Shown one piece after another: positions 29,078-39,678 of a DNA stretch of 64,000 nucleotides; within the stretch, counting starts at the first letter, position 1, and each line of letters begins with the position of its first letter. A program made the translations under genes and the position numbers. Below the pieces are notes generated by a model that worked only from the letters and a program-made list of their open reading frames with translations, did not search any database and was not told the origin of the DNA. This DNA is from Verrucomicrobiaceae bacterium (lineage in GTDB: Bacteria; Verrucomicrobiota; Verrucomicrobiia; Verrucomicrobiales; Akkermansiaceae). The stretch is from the NCBI GenBank assembly GCA_051252135.1, contig JBPOGH010000005.1, positions 1 through 64,000 of the forward strand. Direction: 5' to 3'.

Positions 29078-30469
29078 ATGAAACCAATCACCCTTCTCCT
29101 CTCAGCCATCTCGCTGTCCTCCGCCCTCGCCGGCGAGCACACCGTCAAAGCGGAGTCTTTCGAGACCAGCGTCTCCGTCGACGTCACGTTCCTCCCCACC
29201 AAAACCACCGTCCTCTCCATCGCTCCGGAGGAATGGTCAACCTACACCATTACCGACCTCGTCGAACAAGGAGCCTCCGTGAAAAAGGATGACATCCTCA
29301 TCGCCTGCGATCGCGACTCATACGACCGCCATCTCATCGAAACGAAAAAAGGAGCCGAATCACGCAAGATCGCCCTCGCCAATGCGCTGCGCGAACTCGC
29401 CGATCTCGAACTCAGCACCCCGCGGGACCTCGAGGGCGCACGACTCACCTTCGAGCGCGCCAAGGAAGCACTCGACTACTTCACCACCACCGGCCGCGAG
29501 CTCGAAGTGGAAACCGCCGAACAACGACTCGAATCCGCACGGCTCTCCCTTTCCTACTACGAGGAAGAACTCAAGCAGCTCCTCAAAATGTATGAGGAGG
29601 ACGCCGTCACCGAGGAAACCGAGGAAATCATCCTCAAACGCCAACGCGCTGCCGTAAAGAACGCCCGCTTCTCCCTCAAAAAAACCGAGGAATCCACCGC
29701 CTGGACCCTCGATAAGACCATCCCGCGCAAGGCCGTCGATCTCCAGCGCAGCTTCGACTCCGCCCTCCTCGCCTACGAGACCGCCAAGGAATCCCTCCCC
29801 CGCACCCTCGCCCAAAAAAAACTCAGCGTCGAAAAAGCCATTCGCGAAGACAAGGAAGCAGACCGCAAGCAGGCCCTCCTCGAAAAAGATGCCGCCTTCT
29901 TCACCCTCACATCACCCGGTGATGGCGTCATTTATTATGGCGAGATCGCCGAAGGCAAATGGTCCCTCGGCAACACCTCCAAGTTCCTCTTTGAAAATGG
30001 CAGCCTCCCCAAAGAGGCACCCCTCATGACCTTTGTCCCCGCCGTCTCCTCCCTCGCCCTCACCGGATTCGTCGGGCAGGACCAGCGTCTGGAACTCGCC
30101 GCCGGCAATACCGCCACCATCTCCGTCGCCGGACTTCCCAACCGGGAATTTGCCGCAAAGGTCGAATCACTCGCCACCTTCCCCGATGTCGGAGGAAAAT
30201 ACCGCATCGACCTCAGCGTCACTCTTCCTGACGACGTCTCCCTCGTCGGAGGCATGGCCGGCAAGGCCGAGGTCATCACCTACCTCAACGAAGAAGCCCT
30301 CACCGTCCCCAAAGCCGCCATCACCAAAAAGAACGGCAAATCCTGGGTCAAGGTGAAGCTCACCGATGGCAAGGACGAGGAACGCGAGGTCACCCCCGGA
30401 CGCACCTCCGGCGAAACCACAGAAATCCTCTCCGGCCTCGCCATCGACCAGGTCGTCCTCACCCCCTAA
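29078..30469 (+). CDS. HlyD/RND periplasmic adaptor-like protein
   Basis: Signal peptide, V.QGASVKKDD lipoyl half, long coiled coil, SPGDGVI, VPKAAI, EILSGL. Confidence 0.8.
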   Translation: MKPITLLLSAISLSSALAGEHTVKAESFETSVSVDVTFLPTKTTVLSIAPEEWSTYTITDLVEQGASVKKDDILIACDRDSYDRHLIETKKGAESRKIALANALRELADLELSTPRDLEGARLTFERAKEALDYFTTTGRELEVETAEQRLESARLSLSYYEEELKQLLKMYEEDAVTEETEEIILKRQRAAVKNARFSLKKTEESTAWTLDKTIPRKAVDLQRSFDSALLAYETAKESLPRTLAQKKLSVEKAIREDKEADRKQALLEKDAAFFTLTSPGDGVIYYGEIAEGKWSLGNTSKFLFENGSLPKEAPLMTFVPAVSSLALTGFVGQDQRLELAAGNTATISVAGLPNREFAAKVESLATFPDVGGKYRIDLSVTLPDDVSLVGGMAGKAEVITYLNEEALTVPKAAITKKNGKSWVKVKLTDGKDEEREVTPGRTSGETTEILSGLAIDQVVLTP

Positions 30470-30473
30470 CACC

Positions 30474-31637
30474 ATGCTCCTCCGCGGTCTCCTCTTCCTC
30501 GGTTTCGCCGGACTCGTCCACGCGAAGCTCGCCGATCTCCCGCCCCTCCCCAAGGTCGCACCCATCACCGGCGAAGAACTCACCGCATCCATCACCAAAG
30601 GAGTCGACTACCTCGTCCAAAAACAAAACAAGGACGGCTCCTTCGGCGGACCCACCCGCACCAAGGGCCTCAACATCTACGCCCCCGTCCCCGAAGCCCA
30701 CCTCGCCTTCAAGGCCGGATCCTCCGCCCTCGCCCTCGCCGGCCTCATCGATAGCAACGACCGCCGACCCGAGGTCCTCGCCGCCATCGACCAAGCCGAA
30801 GCCTGGTTCCTCACCGAACTCCCCAAACTCCGCGCCGTCGATCCCACCACCACCTACAACATCTGGGGACACGCCTACGGCCTCCGCGCCATCTCCGCCC
30901 TCCACACCTACCGAAAGGACGACCCCGCAAAACAATCACGCCTGACCGAACTCGCCGCCCTTCAAATCAAAAGCCTCCTCAAAATCGAGGACATCAACGG
31001 AGGCTGGGGCTACCTCGATCTCGATGACTTCCACACCGCCCACTTCTCCGGCCTCCCCACCGCCTTCACCACCGCCACCGCCCTCCTTGGCATGAAAGAA
31101 GCCGAGGAAACCATGGGCACCGCCCTCCCTCAAATCCAGGTCAAGCGCGCCCTCAACTCCATCGAGAAACAACGCACTCCGGACTGGTCCTTCGTCTACT
31201 CCCTCTCCCATCGCTACCGCCCCCGCTACGCCATCAACCGCCCCGCCGGCTCCCTCGGGCGCTCCCAGGTCTGCATGGCCGCCATGCGCAAGTTCGGCGA
31301 CCAACGCGTCACCGATGAACTCCTCAAGCACTGGCTCCACCGCCTCTGCCTTCGCGAAGGCTGGTTCGATATCGCCCGCAAACGCCCCGTCCCCCACGAA
31401 ACCCACTTCGCCATCTCCGGCTACTTCTACTACTACGGCTTCTACTACGCCACCGAATGCCTCCAGATGCTCCCCGCCGCCGAACAAAAACCCTTCATCC
31501 CCCACCTCGCCGAGCACCTCATCTCCAAGCAGGAAAGGGACGGCTCCTGGTGGGACTACCCCCTCTACGATTACCACCAGCCCTACGGCACCGGTTACGC
31601 CCTCACCACCCTCTCCCGCCTCCGCGAATCACTCTGA
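30474..31637 (+). CDS. Exported prenyltransferase/squalene-oxidase (QW) repeat protein
   Basis: YLVQKQNKDGSF, NGGWGY and QERDGSW repeats. Confidence 0.75.
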   Translation: MLLRGLLFLGFAGLVHAKLADLPPLPKVAPITGEELTASITKGVDYLVQKQNKDGSFGGPTRTKGLNIYAPVPEAHLAFKAGSSALALAGLIDSNDRRPEVLAAIDQAEAWFLTELPKLRAVDPTTTYNIWGHAYGLRAISALHTYRKDDPAKQSRLTELAALQIKSLLKIEDINGGWGYLDLDDFHTAHFSGLPTAFTTATALLGMKEAEETMGTALPQIQVKRALNSIEKQRTPDWSFVYSLSHRYRPRYAINRPAGSLGRSQVCMAAMRKFGDQRVTDELLKHWLHRLCLREGWFDIARKRPVPHETHFAISGYFYYYGFYYATECLQMLPAAEQKPFIPHLAEHLISKQERDGSWWDYPLYDYHQPYGTGYALTTLSRLRESL

Positions 31638-31720
31638 AGCATTTTGGGTGAGTTCAGTGAATAACTTGCTTTTCCGTAACGTTATAGTAAACAGGAAGTC
31701 GTAATCTTCCATTACCCATT

Positions 31721-31972
31721 ATGAAAACAAAACTGACCCTCCTCGCCGCTCTCGCCGCCTTTGGATTCTCCAGCTGCGCTTCTAACGCCTATGATCCAAA
31801 CGCTCACGCCAAGCGCACCGCCACCAATGGTGCCCTCATGGGTGCCGCTGCCGGAGCCATCATCGGCAAGCAGTCCGGTGAAACCGGAAAAGGCGCCGCT
31901 CTCGGAGCCGCCGCCGGTGGTGCCGCAGGCTACATGTACGGCCAAAACCAGCAGCAGTACTACGGACGCTAG
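31721..31972 (+). CDS. Glycine-zipper lipoprotein
   Basis: Lipobox FSSC; GALMGAAAGAIIG...GAALGAAAGGAAG. Confidence 0.85.
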   Translation: MKTKLTLLAALAAFGFSSCASNAYDPNAHAKRTATNGALMGAAAGAIIGKQSGETGKGAALGAAAGGAAGYMYGQNQQQYYGR

Positions 31973-31998
31973 TCCTTCGACTGCATTCAATTCCCTCC

Positions 31999-32034
31999 AA
32001 ACGCGGACCTCCTCACCGGAGTCCGCGTTTTTTT
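31999..32034 (+). terminator. Intrinsic terminator
   Basis: AAACGCGGAC...GTCCGCGTTTTTTT. Confidence 0.8.
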
Positions 32035-32098
32035 GCCCCCTCCCCAAAACGAGAAAAGCTTGATTCCTGCGCCTTCTCGCTTCATGCCGTCCTCCGTT

Positions 32099-33049
32099 AT
32101 GGCATCACAACTCGATAGCTTAAAGGAATTCACCACCGTCGTCGCAGACACCGGTGACTTTGCCTCCATGCAGGAATACCAGCCTCAGGACGCAACCACC
32201 AACCCCTCTCTCATCCTCCAGGCTGCTAGCAAGCCCGAGTACCGCGGCATCGTCGAAAAGGCCGTCGCCGAACTCAAGGACTCCGGAAAATCCGGTGACG
32301 CCCTCATCGAGGCCATCCTCGACCGCGTCCTCATCCTCTTCGGCCTCGAAATCCTCAAGATCGTTCCCGGCCGCGTCTCCACCGAGGTCGACGCCCGCCT
32401 CTCCTTCGATACCGCAGCCACCGTTGCCAAGGCCAAGGAGCTCATCGCCGCCTATGACGCCGAGGGCATCTCCAAGGACCGTGTCCTCATCAAGATCGCT
32501 TCCACCTGGGAAGGCATCAAAGCCGCCGAGGAACTCGAAAAGGAAGGTATCCACTGCAACCTCACTCTCCTCTTCGCCTTCGCCCAGGCCGTCGCCTGTG
32601 CCGAAGCCGGAGTCCAGCTCATCTCCCCCTTCGTCGGTCGTATCTACGATTGGTACAAAAAGGAAACCGGTGAGGAATACGCAGGTGACAACGATCCCGG
32701 CGTCCTCTCCGTCAAGCGCATCTACAACTACTACAAGAAGCACGGCTACCAGACCGAAGTCATGGGCGCTTCCTTCCGGAACGTCGGCCAGATCACCAGC
32801 CTCGCCGGTTGTGACCTTCTCACCATCTCCCCCGGTCTTCTCGAAGAACTCCAGAACGCCGAAGGCCCCCTTGAGCGCAAGCTCGACCCCGCCAACGGTT
32901 CGGACGACGAGAAAATCTCCCTCGACGAAAAAGCCTTCCGCTTTGAGTTCAACGAGGACGCCATGGCCACCGAAAAGACCGCCCAAGGCATCCGCGCCTT
33001 CTCCGCTGACATCGTCAAGCTCGAGAAGCTCGTCGCCGAAATGATCTAA
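32099..33049 (+). CDS. tal: Transaldolase
   Basis: [40 protein letters not shown]. Confidence 0.96.
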   Translation: MASQLDSLKEFTTVVADTGDFASMQEYQPQDATTNPSLILQAASKPEYRGIVEKAVAELKDSGKSGDALIEAILDRVLILFGLEILKIVPGRVSTEVDARLSFDTAATVAKAKELIAAYDAEGISKDRVLIKIASTWEGIKAAEELEKEGIHCNLTLLFAFAQAVACAEAGVQLISPFVGRIYDWYKKETGEEYAGDNDPGVLSVKRIYNYYKKHGYQTEVMGASFRNVGQITSLAGCDLLTISPGLLEELQNAEGPLERKLDPANGSDDEKISLDEKAFRFEFNEDAMATEKTAQGIRAFSADIVKLEKLVAEMI

Positions 33050-33067
33050 ATCATTTCACCACTCTCC

Positions 33068-33101
33068 AAAGCGGCACTCCGAAAGGAGTGCCGCTTTTTT
33101 T
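33068..33101 (+). terminator. Intrinsic terminator
   Basis: AAAGCGGCACTCC-gaaa-GGAGTGCCGCTTTTTTT. Confidence 0.9.
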
Positions 33102-33183
33102 ATCAAGTGGCAGGGCGTCCCGCGGCCTCACATTCCACCTTGCCTTCATTTCCCGATCAGGCAGGCTCTCCCTTCACACATTA

Positions 33184-34959
33184 ATGAAAACCATACCCCT
33201 CCTCTCCCTCTCGTTCCTCCTCGCGGGCCTCGCCCACAGCTATGATGACTACTTCTTCTTCGGCGACTCCCTCACCGATACCGGAAATGTCGCCGCCAGC
33301 CTCGGCGGAAGCCTCGGACCCGGATACCCCGGCACCAGCTTCACCAACGGCACCACCTGGGCCAAATACCTCGACCCCAACCTGACCAACATTGTCAGCC
33401 TTAATGCCACTTCCACCCCCTCTGCTGGCTCGGTGGACTTCTCCTTCGGTGGCGCCACCACCGGCCCATTGGCCAATCCCATCCCCGGTGTCCCCAACTC
33501 CAATACCCACCTCATCAGTCAGGCCTCCCTGTTTGCCACCTCGGCAGCTCCCCTCGTGGAAGCCGACTCCAATGACCTCGCCTTCGTCTGGGCCGGCGGA
33601 AACGATTTCCTCGCCGCCAATGTCACCCTCCCGCCCGCCCAACTTCAAGCCTCTCTCCTCGACATCGCAGACCAAGCCACCACCAATATCACCACCGCAG
33701 TCTCCGAAATCTCCCACACCACCCCGGTCGAAAACATCGCCGTCGTTAACCTCATCAACATCGGCCTCTCCCCCCGCCTCTCCCCTCTCCCCGATGCTGC
33801 CGAAAACTTCGGACGCATCGCCTCGGTCTTCAACTCCCAACTGAACGCCAAGCTCCAGCCGCTCTCCCAACAGGCCAACATCATGGTCATCGATGCCAAC
33901 GCCTTCGTCAGCGACGTCTACCTCAACCCCTCCCGCTACGGCATCTCAAATGTCACCGATCCCAGCGCACCCAATGCCGGATCCGGAGTCCCCTCCCCCC
34001 TCACACCCGCTGAACAGGCCGAACGCCTCTTCTACGATGACATCCACCCCTCCACCATCGTTCACAGGCAATTCGCTCGCTACGTCGCCGCACACCTCGT
34101 CGCCGACCAAAGCGCCGAAACCGCCAACCTCCTCACCGATGCCGCCCTCGCCCTCGACGACCGCTTCGGCTTCGAAACCCAGGACCTCACCACCGGCGAT
34201 GTCCGCTTCGATGTCGCCCTTTCCAATTCGGAAAACCAATCCGGCAACCTCCGCCGCCAAACCCAGGGCCTACGCGCCGACCTCGACTTCGGAGTCAGTG
34301 ACCACATGGCCGTCGGCGCGGAGGTCATCTACGCTCAAGGCGAAGCGGGGAACGCGGAGTTCGACTCCCTTGCCTTCGCCATGGACGCCACCCACGGCGG
34401 CTCCATCAATGGCATGCTCTGGGAAATCGGCCTCGGTGGCGGTGCCATCCAGGGTGATCTCGACCGAAACTTCGGCGTCGGAACCCTCCAAACCACCGGT
34501 GAACAATTTGCCACCGTCTTCACCCTCCACGCCGCCCTCCAAAAAACCGGAGTCAATCTCTTCGGCCGAAACGGATATTGGGAGGTCGGCCTGAAAGAAC
34601 GCCTCGTCTACCGCGATGCCGCCCTCGAAAAAGGCGGCGGCAGCTTGGCCCTCTCCTACGATTCCGACACCATCACCACCACCGTCGCCAACTTCGAACT
34701 CGGCATTGAACTGACCGACACCCTCCTCCTCGAGCTCGCCCTCAATCCCGTCCTCCATTCCTCGGGCGGCAATCTCAGCGGCAGCCAGGTTGGCGGATTC
34801 GGCTCCTTCAATAATCTCGATGCCACCGGCTACGACACCCACACCGCACGCGCCGGCCTCCGCGCCATCCTCAGTCAGTCGACCACTCTCCACGCCGATG
34901 TCATCGCAGGAGACGATAGCACCTGGGGTGCCTCCTTCGGCCTCACCATCGACCTCTAA
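33184..34959 (+). CDS. GDSL/SGNH esterase with C-terminal beta-barrel (EstA-like autotransporter)
   Basis: FGDSLTDTG, GGND, DDIHP; beta-strand-rich C-terminus. Confidence 0.82.
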   Translation: MKTIPLLSLSFLLAGLAHSYDDYFFFGDSLTDTGNVAASLGGSLGPGYPGTSFTNGTTWAKYLDPNLTNIVSLNATSTPSAGSVDFSFGGATTGPLANPIPGVPNSNTHLISQASLFATSAAPLVEADSNDLAFVWAGGNDFLAANVTLPPAQLQASLLDIADQATTNITTAVSEISHTTPVENIAVVNLINIGLSPRLSPLPDAAENFGRIASVFNSQLNAKLQPLSQQANIMVIDANAFVSDVYLNPSRYGISNVTDPSAPNAGSGVPSPLTPAEQAERLFYDDIHPSTIVHRQFARYVAAHLVADQSAETANLLTDAALALDDRFGFETQDLTTGDVRFDVALSNSENQSGNLRRQTQGLRADLDFGVSDHMAVGAEVIYAQGEAGNAEFDSLAFAMDATHGGSINGMLWEIGLGGGAIQGDLDRNFGVGTLQTTGEQFATVFTLHAALQKTGVNLFGRNGYWEVGLKERLVYRDAALEKGGGSLALSYDSDTITTTVANFELGIELTDTLLLELALNPVLHSSGGNLSGSQVGGFGSFNNLDATGYDTHTARAGLRAILSQSTTLHADVIAGDDSTWGASFGLTIDL

Positions 34960-34983
34960 AAGATTCCCGCAGCCACCCTTTCC

Positions 34984-35012
34984 AAGGCCGTCGGATCGCT
35001 CCGACGGCCTTT
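34984..35012 (+). terminator. Intrinsic terminator
   Basis: AAGGCCGTCGGA-tcgc-TCCGACGGCCTT. Confidence 0.75.
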
Positions 35013-35117
35013 ATTTGTCAGACAGCTCACCCTTCCCGCCATTTTCTAGGAAAATCCCGAATTTTCGTCTGACATCACCCCCCTTTCTCCCCTAACTTCC
35101 CGCCCTTAGCTCATCCC

Positions 35118-38100
35118 ATGGCAACTCAACAAAAACTCCTCGTAGCCAACCGTGGCGAAATCGCCATCCGTGTCTTCCGCGCCGCCACCGAACTCGGCCT
35201 CCGCACTGTCGCCATCTATGCCGAAGAAGACCGCTTCTCACGCCACCGCTTCAAGGCCGACGAATCCTACCAGCTCGATAAATCAAAAGGACCCGTCGGC
35301 GCTTATCTCGACTACGAAGGCATCGTCGCTCTCGCCAAATCAAAAGGCGTCACTCTCATCCATCCCGGCTACGGATTCCTCTCGGAAAATGCCGATTTCG
35401 CCCGCGCCTGCGAGCGGGAAGGCATCACCTTCATCGGACCATCCGCCGACCTCCTCGGCTCCATGGGCGATAAGACCGCCGCGCGCGCCCAAGCCATCGC
35501 CGCCAAGGTCCCCGTTCTCCCCGGAACTGACGACGCCATCTCGGACCCCGACCAAGCCCTCACCGTCGCTCACGAGGTCGGATTCCCCCTCATCATCAAG
35601 GCCGCCTTCGGTGGCGGCGGTCGCGGCATGCGCATCGTCGAAAAACCCTCCGAGCTCCAGGCCCGCCTCAAGGAAGCCCAGGAGGAAGCACTCAATGCCT
35701 TCGGAAATGACGCCGTCTTCCTCGAGCGCTACATCAAGCGCGCCAAGCACATCGAAGTCCAAATCCTCGGCGACCAACACGGAAACGTCGTCCACCTCCA
35801 CGAGCGCGATTGCTCCGTCCAACGTCGCTACCAAAAGGTCGTCGAAATCGCCCCCTCCATCGACCTCGAGGGCGACCTCCGCAACGAGCTCTGCCTCTCC
35901 GCCGCCAATCTCGCCAAGTCCATCGGCTACAACAATGCCGGCACCGTCGAATTCCTCTACGACATGGATTCCAAAGAGTGGTTCTTCATCGAAATGAACC
36001 CCCGCATCCAGGTCGAGCACACCGTCACCGAGTGCGTCACCGGCATCGACCTCGTCCGCTCACAAATCCTCGTCGCCCAAGGCAAAAAACTTCACGAGCC
36101 CGAGATCGGCATCCCCGCCCAGGAGGACATCCCCTGCAACGGCTACGCCATCCAGTGCCGCATCACCACCGAGGACCCCGAAAAAGGCTTCGCACCCGAC
36201 TACGGACGCATCACCAACTACCGCTCCGCCGCCGGCTTCGGCATCCGTCTCGACTCCGGAAATGGCGACGCCGGAGCCGTCATCACCCCCTACTACGACT
36301 CCATGCTCGTCAAGCTCACCGCCATGGGCCGTGACTTCGAGACCGCCTGCCAGCGCACCGACCGCGCCCTCCGCGAGTTCCGCATCCGCGGCGTGAAGAC
36401 CAATATCCCCTTCCTCGAGAACGTCATCGCAGACCCCACCTTCCGCTCCGGTAACGCGCACACCAAGCTCATCGACTCCCAGCCGAGCCTCTTCGAGTTC
36501 GCCCCCAAGCGCGACCGCGCCACCAAGCTCCTCAACTACCTCTCTGACATCACCGTCAACGGAAACCCCGGAGCCAAAAACTGGCGCCCCGCCAAACCCT
36601 TCCCAACCCCCCGGATCCCTTCTTCCACTTCAAACTTAACACTTGAAACTTCAAACTCCGTTGGGTCGCGCACGATCCTCCTGGAAAAAGGCCCAGACCA
36701 ATTCGCTCAGTGGATCAAAGATGAGTCCCGCTTGCTGGTCACCGACACAACGATGCGCGACGCGCACCAGTCGCTCATCGCGACCCGCATGCGCACCTAC
36801 GACATGCTCGCCATCGCCGAGGCCTACGCCAACCGCACCCCGAACCTTTTCTCCATGGAAATGTGGGGCGGCGCCACCTTCGACACCTCCATGCGCTTCC
36901 TCAAGGAAGACCCCTGGGAACGCCTCCGCGAACTCCGCGAGCGCATCCCGAACATCTGCTTCCAGATGCTCTTCCGGGGCTCCAATGCCGTCGGTTACTC
37001 GAACTACCCCGATAACGTCGTCGCCGGCTTCGTCAAGCACGCCGCCGACTCCGGCATGGACATCTTCCGCATCTTCGACTCCCTCAACTACCTTCCCAAC
37101 ATGAAGGTCGCCATGGAAGCCGCCCGCGAACACGGCAAGGCCGTCTGTGAAGCCGCCGTCTGCTACACCGGAGACATCACCGACCCCAACCGCGCCAAAT
37201 ACTCCCTCCAATATTACGTCGATAAGGCCAAGGAGTTGGAAAAAATGGGAGCCCATATTCTCTGCATCAAGGACATGGCCGGCCTCGCCCACCCCGCCGC
37301 CATCTCCAAGCTCGTCTCCACCCTCAAGCAAGAGATCGGCATCCCCATCCACTTCCACACCCACGACACCTCGGGCCTCAACGCCGCCTCCATCATGGCC
37401 GCGTCCGATGCCGGAGTCGACATCGCCGACATGGCCCTCGCCTCCATGTCCGGGTCCACCAGTCAGCCCAACCTCAACTCGGTCAACGCCGCGATGAAAG
37501 GAAACGAGCGCCACCCCGGCCTCGATAACGACACCATCAACGAGCTCTCCGACTACTGGGAAGAAATCCTCACCCACTACGAGCCCTTCTACTCCGCTCC
37601 CCGCAGCGGCACCGCCGAGGTCTACCTCCACGAAATGCCCGGCGGCCAATACACCAACCTCAAGGAACAAGCCAACGGCATGGGCCTCGGCCACCGCTGG
37701 CAGGAAATCGCCCACACCTACGCGGATGTGAACCAACTCTTCGGCGACATCGTCAAGGTCACCCCGTCCTCGAAAGTCGTCGGTGACATGACCATGCTCC
37801 TCGTCACCCAGAACCTCAAAGCCTCTGACCTCCTCAACGGAAACGCCCCCGCCCTCGACTTCCCCGAGTCGGTCATCGACATGCTCTCCGGAGGCCTCGG
37901 CCAACCCGATGGCGGCTGGCCCAAGGAAATCCAAAAACTCGTCCTCGGCGATAAAGTCCCCGTCACCGTAAGACCCGGCGAACTCGCCGCTCCCTGCGAC
38001 CTCGAGCAAACCAAAGCCGAACTCGCCCAAACCCTCGAGCGCGAGGCAAATGACGATGACCTCTACAGTCACCTCATGTATCCGCAGGTCTTCGCCGAGT

Positions 38101-38579
38101 TCCAGCAAAGCCTCAAGGACTACGACCGCCTCACCGTCCTCCCCACCCCCGCCTACTTCTACGGCCTCAGTGGAGCCGAGGAAATCAACGTCGAGATCGC
38201 CCCCGGCAAAACCCTCTTCATCAAGCTCATCTCCATCGGCGAAGCCGACTCCGAAGGACGTCGTACTTTGTTCTTCGAGCTCAACGGCATGCCCCGTGAA
38301 ACCGTCGTCGTCGACCGCGCCCTCGGCAAGGAAGCCGTCGCCAACCTCAAGGCCGAACCCAGCAACCCCAAGCACATCGCCGCCCCCCTCCCCGGCATGA
38401 TCAGCGAGGTCGCCGTAAAACCCGGAGACGAAGTCAAAGAAGGCGACAAACTCGTCGTCATCGAAGCCATGAAAATGCTCACCACCGTCTCCGCCCCCGC
38501 CGACGGAACCGTCGGAGAAGTCCTCCTCGCAAAAGGCAAATCCGCCGACACCGGCGACCTCCTTGCGACACTACAGTAG
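35118..38579 (+). CDS. pyc: Pyruvate carboxylase
   Basis: BC domain (ANRGEIA, HPGYGFLSEN), CT domain (DTTMRDAHQSL, HTHDTSG), biotinyl EAMKM. Confidence 0.97.
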   Translation: MATQQKLLVANRGEIAIRVFRAATELGLRTVAIYAEEDRFSRHRFKADESYQLDKSKGPVGAYLDYEGIVALAKSKGVTLIHPGYGFLSENADFARACEREGITFIGPSADLLGSMGDKTAARAQAIAAKVPVLPGTDDAISDPDQALTVAHEVGFPLIIKAAFGGGGRGMRIVEKPSELQARLKEAQEEALNAFGNDAVFLERYIKRAKHIEVQILGDQHGNVVHLHERDCSVQRRYQKVVEIAPSIDLEGDLRNELCLSAANLAKSIGYNNAGTVEFLYDMDSKEWFFIEMNPRIQVEHTVTECVTGIDLVRSQILVAQGKKLHEPEIGIPAQEDIPCNGYAIQCRITTEDPEKGFAPDYGRITNYRSAAGFGIRLDSGNGDAGAVITPYYDSMLVKLTAMGRDFETACQRTDRALREFRIRGVKTNIPFLENVIADPTFRSGNAHTKLIDSQPSLFEFAPKRDRATKLLNYLSDITVNGNPGAKNWRPAKPFPTPRIPSSTSNLTLETSNSVGSRTILLEKGPDQFAQWIKDESRLLVTDTTMRDAHQSLIATRMRTYDMLAIAEAYANRTPNLFSMEMWGGATFDTSMRFLKEDPWERLRELRERIPNICFQMLFRGSNAVGYSNYPDNVVAGFVKHAADSGMDIFRIFDSLNYLPNMKVAMEAAREHGKAVCEAAVCYTGDITDPNRAKYSLQYYVDKAKELEKMGAHILCIKDMAGLAHPAAISKLVSTLKQEIGIPIHFHTHDTSGLNAASIMAASDAGVDIADMALASMSGSTSQPNLNSVNAAMKGNERHPGLDNDTINELSDYWEEILTHYEPFYSAPRSGTAEVYLHEMPGGQYTNLKEQANGMGLGHRWQEIAHTYADVNQLFGDIVKVTPSSKVVGDMTMLLVTQNLKASDLLNGNAPALDFPESVIDMLSGGLGQPDGGWPKEIQKLVLGDKVPVTVRPGELAAPCDLEQTKAELAQTLEREANDDDLYSHLMYPQVFAEFQQSLKDYDRLTVLPTPAYFYGLSGAEEINVEIAPGKTLFIKLISIGEADSEGRRTLFFELNGMPRETVVVDRALGKEAVANLKAEPSNPKHIAAPLPGMISEVAVKPGDEVKEGDKLVVIEAMKMLTTVSAPADGTVGEVLLAKGKSADTGDLLATLQ

Positions 38580-38584
38580 TCCTC

Positions 38585-38888
38585 CCGCCCCAACGGGGTA
38601 AACTAACGTAGCCTAGGGCATCGCCCTGGGTCCCCGGCTCCCCATCAAACCGCCCCAAAGGGGTAAAATAACGTAGCGAAGGGCAAAGCGAGGAACGAGC
38701 GCCGCCCTGGTCCACCCACCCCGAGAAATTATGAGCCCTGTAAGGGCGAGATAATCTCCCACGCTCCCCATCAACCCGCCCCAAAGGGGCAAAATAACGT
38801 AGCGAAGGGCAGAGCGAGGAACGAGCGTCGCCCTGGTCCAACCACCCCCGGGAAATCATGAGCCCTGTAAGGGCGACATAATCTCCCG
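38585..38888. repeat. REP-like palindromic cluster, about 126-bp tandem units, upstream of HUH transposase
   Basis: Units start at 38637 and 38763; hairpins GCCCCAAAGGGG, GCCCTGTAAGGGC and CCTAGGGCATCGCCCTGGG. Confidence 0.85.
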
Positions 38889-38946
38889 CAAACCACCTCA
38901 CCCCCGCATCCTTCCCTCCCCTCCAAAAAACTGGTATCCCCTCCCC

Positions 38947-39622
38947 ATGCCCCAATCCCTCGCGAACATCTACCTCCACTTGATCTTCTCGACCCGCGAC
39001 CGCCTCCCCCTCCTCACCGACGCCGTCCGCCCCTCCCTTCACGCCTACTTTGCTCAAATCGGCAACGCCCTCGACTGCCCCATCATCCTCGTCAACTCCG
39101 TCGAGGACCACGTCCACATCCTCCACCGCCTCTCCCGGACCACCACCATCGCCAAAGCCGTCGAAGAATTCAAAAAATCGACCTCCAAATGGCTTAGAGG
39201 CTGTCTTAAAAATGCCGAATGAGTGCTGCGAAGAAATTTCTCTTCAGGCAAGGCGGGACGATGGAGTTGGTGAACACCAGCGACTGAGGACCAACGCCGC
39301 TTGAAGTGAAAGGACTCGCAGCCCTTCAGGGTTCACCTTCTGCCTCCTCAGCGAAGCTGCAATTCCTTCAAGACCCCAAAATCAGAACACTCGTTGGGCA
39401 TTTTTCAGACGGCCTCTTAAATCCCAATCCCCCGGCCTCGCCCAATTCTCCTGGCAATCCGGTTACGGCGCCTTCTCCCTCAGCGAATCCCAACTCGATT
39501 CCGTCACCACCTACATCCGCAACCAACGCGAACACCACCGCACCAAATCCTTCCAGGAAGAGCTCCGCGAATTCCTCACCAAAAACAACCTCCCCTTAGA
39601 CGAGAAATTCGTCTGGGATTGA
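38947..39622 (+). pseudogene. tnpA: IS200/RAYT-type Y1 HUH transposase interrupted by a MITE
   Basis: 5' half has DHVH. Removing 39197-39419 restores KWL-KSQSPGLAQFSWQSGYGAFS...TYIRNQREHH...FVWD* (150 aa). Confidence 0.92.
39197..39416. mobile_element. 220-bp MITE with 29-bp imperfect TIRs and TTA target duplication
   Basis: Left end GAGGCTGTCTTAAAAATGCCGAATGAGTG; right end reverse complement GAGGCCGTCTGAAAAATGCCCAACGAGTG; TTA at 39194-39196 and 39417-39419. Confidence 0.92.
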
Positions 39623-39678
39623 ATCCAGTTCGGTTCTCTGCAAAATCCACCTGCATCATTCCGCGCACATCATTCCTC

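Noticed and set aside
38479..39126. 215-aa minus-strand ORF with internal duplication
   Set aside because: Antisense of the transposase plus the 126-bp REP units.
38947..39222. 91-aa ORF as a complete protein or programmed frameshift
   Set aside because: Its tail comes from the MITE; the TIRs and TTA duplication explain the break.
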